Assembly: GCA_944322615.1 (NCBI GenBank)
Contig: CALUPH010000008.1
Span: forward strand, 7,003-71,002
Origin: Candidatus Gastranaerophilales bacterium
Lineage (GTDB): Bacteria; Cyanobacteriota; Vampirovibrionia; Gastranaerophilales; Gastranaerophilaceae
Length of the DNA: 64,000 nucleotides
Direction of reading: 5' to 3'
Positions 57,952 through 64,000 of this stretch are shown here, in pieces. The first letter of the stretch is position 1; the number at the start of each line of letters is the position of its first letter. The translations under genes and the position numbers were made by a program. Below the pieces are notes generated by a model. That model was not told where the DNA came from. It worked only from the letters and a program-made list of their open reading frames with translations, and did no database searches.

Positions 57952-58919
57952 TTTATTTCACTTTGAACACGTTTTAATAACTTATCAAACGCTATTGCTA
58001 TAGGTTTTTTTATTGTACAGCCAGCTGCAAAAGTATGTCCGCCACCGCCAAAATCCATTACAATAGGCGTTAAATCAAGAGTCTTACTTCTTAAACTGAC
58101 TTTTGTATAACCTTCTTTTGTTTCTTTTAATAAAGCTGCAACTTCAACATTTTTTGAAGTTCTCAATACTTCTACTATGCCTTCTGTATAATCGTCGGTT
58201 GCGCCGAATTTACTCATATCACTTCTTGTAATTTTTGCGAAGGCAATTTTCCCTTCATTATAGAAAACAGTATTTGTAACAATGTAGGCTTGAAATTGAA
58301 CCATAGATTGCGGTTTCGTTTCATAACAAGCTCTAAATTCATAAGTCGGCGACACACCAAGTTTTACAAGTTCAGCAGCAAGCATAAATGTTTCAGGCGT
58401 TGTATTGTCATATTTAAAACCGCCGGTATCTGTTAATAGTGATGTATATATGCATCTTGCAACATCTTTTGGTATTTCTATATTCCATTCTTTAAATATT
58501 TTGTAAAGTATAATACCAACACAAGCTGCATCTCCATCAACAATATTTATGTCGCCATAGCCTATATTTGTTTTATGGTGGTCTATATTTACTTTAAATT
58601 TTGCATTATCAAATATAGCTGTTCCATATACCATTCTGTCTTTTGAGGCAACGTCTACAGCTATAGCTAAATCATATTTTTTGTTTCTGTCTATTGTTTG
58701 AACATCTTTAAATCTGTCAAAGTTTGGCAAATATGAATATAAAGAGGGAAGCATTCCTACATAAACGGAGTCTACTTTTTTATTAAAATATTTTTCCATA
58801 ATTAGGCTTATTGCTAAATTTGAGCCTAATGTATCACCGTCCGGACTAACGTGAGAAAATACAATAATACTTTCTGCTTTCTCAATTCTCTCTTTTAATT
58901 CTAAAAATAAATTATCCAT
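57948..58919 (-). CDS. nrnA: DHH/DHHA1 phosphoesterase (NrnA-like oligoribonuclease / pAp phosphatase)
   Basis: HVSPDGDTLGS, DHH (NIDHHKTN) and GGGGH DHHA1 motifs. Confidence 0.85.
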   Translation of the reverse strand: MDNLFLELKERIEKAESIIVFSHVSPDGDTLGSNLAISLIMEKYFNKKVDSVYVGMLPSLYSYLPNFDRFKDVQTIDRNKKYDLAIAVDVASKDRMVYGTAIFDNAKFKVNIDHHKTNIGYGDINIVDGDAACVGIILYKIFKEWNIEIPKDVARCIYTSLLTDTGGFKYDNTTPETFMLAAELVKLGVSPTYEFRACYETKPQSMVQFQAYIVTNTVFYNEGKIAFAKITRSDMSKFGATDDYTEGIVEVLRTSKNVEVAALLKETKEGYTKVSLRSKTLDLTPIVMDFGGGGHTFAAGCTIKKPIAIAFDKLLKRVQSEIK

Positions 58920-59103
58920 ACCATCTTAATTTTCTATAGAAAAATTATACAATAAAAAAATAAAATGGTCGAAATTGATAAATTTCAATTCGTTGAGTAA
59001 TTATGTATAAACTTACTTTATTATTTTGTGAAAAAATTTTATTTAATTGCCATTTCACTAATGAATTACTATAATAACTAAAGATGTAAGGATAAGAAGA
59101 TAA

Positions 59104-59541
59104 ATGTACGAAAAAACACCTCAAAATATATTTGGACATTCACTTGTCGAAACAGGTCGTATGATAAAAATGTATAATCTTAAAGTCTTTGCGTTAAAAG
59201 AGTTTGATATTACGCCTGAGCAATTTGTTATATTGAGTATTCTTGATGATAATTCAAATCTTCATCAAATGCAGTTGTGTAAACTATTGTTTAAAGATCG
59301 TTCTAATATGGCGAGATTAATTGGTGTTCTTGAAAAAAAGGGTCTTGTTAAAAAAGTTCCGGGTGTAGATAAAAGATTGGTTAACAAAATTCAAATAACA
59401 CCTGAGGGTAAAAAACTTAAAGATATTATTGTCCCTGTTATTAAAGAGTCAAGAAGTAAATTATTGAACAATATATCTGATGAAGAGTTAAATTCTTGTA
59501 TAAGAGTCTTTGCAAAAATTCAAGAAAATTTAAGGTCTTAA
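59104..59541 (+). CDS. MarR-family transcriptional regulator
   Basis: wHTH pattern ...ITPEQFVILSIL...QMQLCKLLFKDRSNMARLIGVLEKKGLVKK; 145 aa. Confidence 0.85.
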   Translation: MYEKTPQNIFGHSLVETGRMIKMYNLKVFALKEFDITPEQFVILSILDDNSNLHQMQLCKLLFKDRSNMARLIGVLEKKGLVKKVPGVDKRLVNKIQITPEGKKLKDIIVPVIKESRSKLLNNISDEELNSCIRVFAKIQENLRS

Positions 59542-59602
59542 ATTATTGACTATCTAATAGTTATAATTAAAAATCTTATATATTGTAAATAGTGGAGGAT
59601 TA

Positions 59603-60400
59603 ATGTCTGACTTGGAAAAATTTGTTTTTAATGAAAATGATTGGGTTTGTAACTATAGTTGTGAAAATACATTAAATGATTATGATTTTTCGTATCATTT
59701 TCAAGAACTGGAAAAAATATATAGAGAAATTTGTGAAAATGTACTTTCTTTAAAAAAGCAAAATAAGAAGAGTGAATATGAAAAGTGTATAAAACAATTT
59801 GAAGAGTCAGTTAATATAGATAAAATTTATGAACGGCTTGGCGTTGATATAGTCACAATTATTATTTCAAGATCATTCTTATCTATAATAGAACCACAAA
59901 AGTATTCAAAATTGCTATTAGCTATAACTATTTTAAGACAAAAGCTTGCTGATTGTATGGGATACATTATTCCTAAAATTAGAGTATTGGACTCAACAAT
60001 TTTAAAAGATGGCGAATATGAAGTTTTGATTAGAGGAAAATCGGTTTTTAAGTCAATTATTGATGAAAATATTTCAGATGAAGAAAAAGTTAAAACAATT
60101 ATATCTAATGTAGAAAGTTTGTGTTTTAAATATGTTCATCAAATTGTTTCTAAAAAAGATATATTAAAATTGATTGAACTTGTAAGTTCACAAGAAGAAA
60201 CTTTGGTTAGTGATATTTTACCTGAATTTTTATCTGTTATTGATTTGAAATATATTTTTGCAGAATTGATAAAAAATAAAATTTCAATAAAGGATATTCT
60301 TTTTGTTTTTGAAATACTTAACTATTATGCCAGATACACCCAAAATAACAAGGAATTGGTAACTATATTAAAAAAAGAACTAATGTTTGATAAATCATAA
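59603..60400 (+). CDS. Stand-alone FlhA/SctV cytoplasmic-domain-like (FHIPEP C-terminal) protein without a membrane domain
   Basis: MGYIIPKIRVLDSTILKDGEYEVLIRGKSV parallels the FlhA LGFLPPVVHIRDNMDLQPARYRILMKGVEI. KKDILKLIELVSSQEETLVSDILPEFLSVIDLKYIFAELIKNKISIKDILFVFEIL parallels the FlhA ...QLLDRVSQEMPKLTEDLVPGVVTLTTLHKVLQNLLAEKVPIRDMRTILETL (FlhA quoted from memory). Confidence 0.6.
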   Translation: MSDLEKFVFNENDWVCNYSCENTLNDYDFSYHFQELEKIYREICENVLSLKKQNKKSEYEKCIKQFEESVNIDKIYERLGVDIVTIIISRSFLSIIEPQKYSKLLLAITILRQKLADCMGYIIPKIRVLDSTILKDGEYEVLIRGKSVFKSIIDENISDEEKVKTIISNVESLCFKYVHQIVSKKDILKLIELVSSQEETLVSDILPEFLSVIDLKYIFAELIKNKISIKDILFVFEILNYYARYTQNNKELVTILKKELMFDKS

Positions 60401-60428
60401 GTATATTTTTAATAGATTTGTTATTTTA

Positions 60429-61466
60429 TTAAGGTTTAATTAGAACTTTAAGTGCTCTGCCGTTCATGTGCTTGATAAGTCCTTCTTCTGCAAGTTCAAG
60501 CGGAACTGTTTCTGTTATTAGTTTTTCAACAGGCAGTTTTTCTTCATATATTAATCTTAGTGCTTCTCTGAAATATAACGGAGTATGATGAAATATACTT
60601 AAAACCTTTATTTCATCATAATGCAGTCTCCTTGTATCAATAGAAATTGATGTACCTTGTTTGCATCCGCCAAACAAATGTACAGTTCCACCTCTTCTTA
60701 CATATGTAAACATACTTTCCCATATTTCAGGTAAACCTACACATTCAACTGCAACATCAAGTCCTTTTTTTCCTTCGGAAAAGTTTAAAAATATTTTTTC
60801 CGGATTTTTGTATTTGTTTAAATCAACAATTTCATCAGCATCACCGAATTCTTTTGCCATTTTTAGTTTTAACGGATTTCTTCCTGCTGCAATTACTTTT
60901 GCTCCTTTTAATTTTGCCAGTTTTACAAACATTAACCCAATAGGTCCAAGCCCAACAACACCAACAGTTTGACCTGCTTTTATCCCTGTTTTTTCAACTC
61001 CGTGTACTACATTTGCAAGTGGTTCGGCAAAGGCTGCTCTTTCAAAAGATAAATCATCAGGTAAATGTAATAAATTTCTTTTTACAATTGCTTGCGGAAC
61101 ATTTATATATTCAGCATATGCTCCATTTAAAAATTCAAGCTTCTCACAAAGATTGTATTCTCCTCTTTTACAGAAAAAGCATTCTCCGCAAGGTGCTGAA
61201 TTAGCAGCAACAACTCTATCTCCTACTTTGAACCCTACAACATTTTTGCCTACTTTTGTTATTATGCCTGAAAATTCATGCCCAAATCCTGATGGGATTT
61301 TTTTTATAAGAACAGGATGACCTCTTCTGTATGTTTTTACATCTGTTCCGCAGGTTAATGCTGCCATTATTTTAACCTGTACTTCACCATCTTTGGGATC
61401 TTTGATTTCCACTTCTTCATATTTTATATTTAATGGTTCGTAGAATTGTATTGCTTTCATTTTCAT
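60429..61466 (-). CDS. Zinc-dependent medium-chain alcohol/polyol dehydrogenase
   Basis: GHEFSG catalytic zinc motif, structural zinc CGECFFCKRGEYNLC, and GLGPIG Rossmann motif. Confidence 0.85.
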   Translation of the reverse strand: MKMKAIQFYEPLNIKYEEVEIKDPKDGEVQVKIMAALTCGTDVKTYRRGHPVLIKKIPSGFGHEFSGIITKVGKNVVGFKVGDRVVAANSAPCGECFFCKRGEYNLCEKLEFLNGAYAEYINVPQAIVKRNLLHLPDDLSFERAAFAEPLANVVHGVEKTGIKAGQTVGVVGLGPIGLMFVKLAKLKGAKVIAAGRNPLKLKMAKEFGDADEIVDLNKYKNPEKIFLNFSEGKKGLDVAVECVGLPEIWESMFTYVRRGGTVHLFGGCKQGTSISIDTRRLHYDEIKVLSIFHHTPLYFREALRLIYEEKLPVEKLITETVPLELAEEGLIKHMNGRALKVLIKP

Positions 61467-62473
61467 AGTTGAATATATGCTTTCATAATTTTATTTGAAA
61501 GAGTATCATCCAGTGCATCATTAATTCCTTCAATTGGGTATACTGAAGATAAACCTGCAACTTTAACTCTTCCTTCTTCAATTAATCTCATAGAATCTTC
61601 TAAATCCATTGGCGAAGGTGAATAGCTTCCAAGTATTGTTAACTCTCTATAATAAATATCATTATTTTTAAATCCGTTATTATCTTTTATGCTAGAGAAA
61701 ACAACAATTGTAGCACCATCTCTTGCTGCTTTGACTGCAAAATCCAATGATAGTGAAGCTCCTGCTGTTAAAAATATTGTATCAAAGCCGTTTGGTGCGA
61801 CTTTTTTCATTTCCTTTAAGGTTGATTCTTCATCTTTTAATAAGAAAGATTTATCAAATCCAAACTTTTCAGAAAGGCAAATTCTTTCATATAATAAATC
61901 ACATCCGTAAATTGGGTTGCCAAATGCCTTTACGGCTTCACCCATAAGAATTCCTATTGAACCAAGACCTAAAATCAGACTTTTTGTATTATCTTTTATT
62001 CGAGCTCTTTTAACTGCTCTAATGCAACATCCGAGTGGTTCTAAAAAAGATGCTTCAATATCTGATAAGTTTAAGTTTACATGAAAAACTGTATTGTTTA
62101 AATGTTCTTCGGATACGAAAATATATTCGGCAAATCCTCCGGGGAAAATGTTTGTAGACTTGAAATGTCTGCACATTGAATAATTTCCGCCCCAGCAATA
62201 TTGGCAGTTAAAACAAGGTACATGGTGTCCTAAGGCTACTTTATCTCCGACTTCAAAATTAGTCTTTGAATTAATTTCAACAATTTCACCTACAACTTCA
62301 TGACCAAGTACAGCTCCGTTTTTAACTTTACCTGTTCTCATTTTTACTATATCAGATCCGCATAATCCGCATCCTGATACTTTTACTATTGCACCTTCTC
62401 CATATTCATCAAGTATTGGTTTAGGTATATCCGTAATTATAAATCTATTGTTTTCTAAAACAGCAGCTTTCAT
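61463..62473 (-). CDS. Zinc-dependent medium-chain alcohol/polyol dehydrogenase (second copy)
   Basis: GHEVVGEI, CFNCQYCWGGNYSMC and GLGSIG motifs. 4-nt overlap with the downstream ADH. Confidence 0.85.
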   Translation of the reverse strand: MKAAVLENNRFIITDIPKPILDEYGEGAIVKVSGCGLCGSDIVKMRTGKVKNGAVLGHEVVGEIVEINSKTNFEVGDKVALGHHVPCFNCQYCWGGNYSMCRHFKSTNIFPGGFAEYIFVSEEHLNNTVFHVNLNLSDIEASFLEPLGCCIRAVKRARIKDNTKSLILGLGSIGILMGEAVKAFGNPIYGCDLLYERICLSEKFGFDKSFLLKDEESTLKEMKKVAPNGFDTIFLTAGASLSLDFAVKAARDGATIVVFSSIKDNNGFKNNDIYYRELTILGSYSPSPMDLEDSMRLIEEGRVKVAGLSSVYPIEGINDALDDTLSNKIMKAYIQL

Positions 62474-62520
62474 AAAAAAATCCTTAATATCACTGCTATT
62501 ATAGTTTAAATAAAATAAAA

Positions 62521-63255
62521 TTAAAATAAATTGTTTTTCTTAAGTATTTTTTTATCATATTCTGATAAATTTGAGTTTAAAAATTTTAGGAATAAATCAG
62601 GTCTTTTCTTTTTTGTTACTAAAAACTGTTGCAATCTTCGCCATTCTCTTATCTTTTCATGATTGCCGCTTAGTAATATTTCAGGAACATTTAAGTTTTC
62701 ATATTCTCTTGGTTTTGTATAATGCGGATGTTCTAATAGTCCATCATAGTGAGAGTCATATTCTGCTGATTCATCATCACCAAGAACGCCTTTTAATAAT
62801 CTTGTTACACTATCTATAATGCATAAAGCAGGAAATTCACCACCTGTTAATACAAAATCGCCTATTGATATTTCCTGTGCGTTTGATTTCTCTATAATTC
62901 TTTCATCAAAACCTTCATAATGTCCGCAAATTATTATTAGTTGTTCTTCATTTGCAAAATTTTTTGCCATCTCTTGATTAAAAATTTCACCTTGTGGCGA
63001 CATTATTATTGTTTTTGTTTTATTCTCTTTTTTTATTGAATTAAGTGCATCTAAATATGGCTGGCATGATAATAACATACCTGCGCCGCCGCCATATGGT
63101 GTATCATCAACTTTTTTATGTTTATCTTTTGAAAAATCACGCGGATTAATTGTATTTATTTCTATTCTTTTTTCTGTTAAAGCTCTTTTTATAATGCTGA
63201 AATCACAAGCATTATTAATGGTTTCAGGAAATAAAGTGAGTACATCAAACTTCAA
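62521..63255 (-). CDS. trmD: tRNA (guanine37-N1)-methyltransferase
   Basis: FDVLTLFPE start, PYGGGAGM, and GHYEGFDERI motifs. Confidence 0.9.
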   Translation of the reverse strand: MKFDVLTLFPETINNACDFSIIKRALTEKRIEINTINPRDFSKDKHKKVDDTPYGGGAGMLLSCQPYLDALNSIKKENKTKTIIMSPQGEIFNQEMAKNFANEEQLIIICGHYEGFDERIIEKSNAQEISIGDFVLTGGEFPALCIIDSVTRLLKGVLGDDESAEYDSHYDGLLEHPHYTKPREYENLNVPEILLSGNHEKIREWRRLQQFLVTKKKRPDLFLKFLNSNLSEYDKKILKKNNLF

Positions 63256-63767
63256 TTTATCAAACCTTCTATGTTGTTTAAAACAACTTTTCTTCCTTTT
63301 AAATCAACTATAGGAACAAGTTCTTTTACGAATGGAACAAGATGCTCTTTACCGTTGCCATCTTTTACGGAAAGCAAATTATTAGCCATGTTTTCACCAA
63401 TTGCGGTGATTGTGCCAACACAACTTCCATCTTCATCAAATACATCCATTCCAATTAAATCGCTTATAAGATATTCATCATCATCAAGATTGTTTTCAAC
63501 TTCTTCTTTTGTAAGATAAATATCACAACCTTTGAATTCTTCAACATCATTTACGGTTTTGAATTCTTTGAACTTTATAATTGCAAATTGTTTATGGAAT
63601 CTTACTGAAACAACATTTAATTCGGAAAAGTTATTTTCTTTTTTTATATACACTTTTTTTAAAGCTTCAATCTGTTTTTCCCTTCCTTTAGAAAAACCGA
63701 CTTTTGCTTCACCTTTAATACCGTGGAAATTAAGAACTTTTGCTATGGATATTAAATCGTTACTCAT
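63252..63767 (-). CDS. rimM: 16S rRNA processing protein RimM
   Basis: HGIKGEAKV N-terminal motif and a PRC-barrel-like C-terminus. 4-nt overlap with trmD. Confidence 0.9.
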   Translation of the reverse strand: MSNDLISIAKVLNFHGIKGEAKVGFSKGREKQIEALKKVYIKKENNFSELNVVSVRFHKQFAIIKFKEFKTVNDVEEFKGCDIYLTKEEVENNLDDDEYLISDLIGMDVFDEDGSCVGTITAIGENMANNLLSVKDGNGKEHLVPFVKELVPIVDLKGRKVVLNNIEGLIN

Positions 63768-63769
63768 AG

Positions 63770-64000
63770 TTATTTAGTCTTTTTATATTCTTCAGGTGCA
63801 TCTTCTCTCTCTTGATTCCACCTGTCAAGTCCCATTTGTTTTCTTATTAAACCAATACCTACGTGGACTCTCCATTCATCCATTCTTAATTGTGCTGCTA
63901 TGATTTTATGGCAGCCTATTGGAGGTAATGGTAATAATGGTTCATATAAATTCTTTATTGCAAACAATTGATCAGGAGATACTGCAAGCTTTCTCTTTGG
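63770..64000 (-). CDS. Hypothetical protein (partial; frame stays open to the window end)
   Basis: The frame of the 63770..63967 ORF has no stop upstream up to 64000 (...PKRKLAVSPDQLFAIKNLYEPLL...). It is not the KH/RpsP gene usually found upstream of rimM. Confidence 0.45.
   Translation of the reverse strand, partial: PKRKLAVSPDQLFAIKNLYEPLLPLPPIGCHKIIAAQLRMDEWRVHVGIGLIRKQMGLDRWNQEREDAPEEYKKTK

Noticed and set aside
1-64000. Search for rRNA, tRNA, tmRNA, RNase P RNA, transposases, integrases, phage genes, cas genes, reverse transcriptases and toxin-antitoxin pairs
   Set aside because: No intergenic region shows tRNA-like acceptor/T-arm sequence (for example GGTTCGAATCC-type) or rRNA-like conservation, and no ORF carries DDE, tyrosine or serine recombinase, RT or Cas motifs that I can recognise. 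This was a check by eye only. tRNAscan-SE, Infernal and an HMM scan would settle it.

Overview
AT-rich window (by eye about 30% G+C, not computed), densely packed with roughly 60 protein genes from a diderm, flagellated bacterium. The gene content (GH57 plus GlgA, radical-SAM/DUF2344 next to RNase E/G, scattered flagellar genes) resembles non-photosynthetic cyanobacterial relatives; that is a weak guess only. Most of it is ordinary housekeeping: coaE, GH57 glucan enzyme, leuB, rnhC, a dnaJ-like gene, dapF, a LexA-like/Y-family polymerase pair, rel, secG, dut, panBC, a yvcK-like gene, fliJ/fliK-like/flgE-like, beta carbonic anhydrase, engB, RNase E/G, UDG family 4, glgA, ruvA, nrnA, marR, two Zn-ADHs, trmD and rimM. 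I saw no rRNA, tRNA, CRISPR array, transposase or integrase. The part that stands out is an accessory-looking locus at about 29.8-44.6 kb. It holds a 1936-aa protein with no signal peptide whose only recognisable motifs are a widely split aminopeptidase C / bleomycin-hydrolase-like (C1B) Cys...His...Asn-Ser-Trp-Gly set. After it come a small secreted protein, a divergently transcribed TpsB (ShlB/FhaC-type) transporter, two mosaic short TpsA paralogs and a secreted TPR protein. Secondary items: a strand-specific structured leader upstream of a secreted-protein/GH57 operon; a LexA-like gene with a textbook promoter carrying a non-canonical palindrome; a translationally coupled pair of paralogous secreted proteins; a stand-alone FlhA cytoplasmic-domain-like protein; and sigma-28-like promoters. 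All functional calls come from motif recognition by eye. No searches or computations were run.
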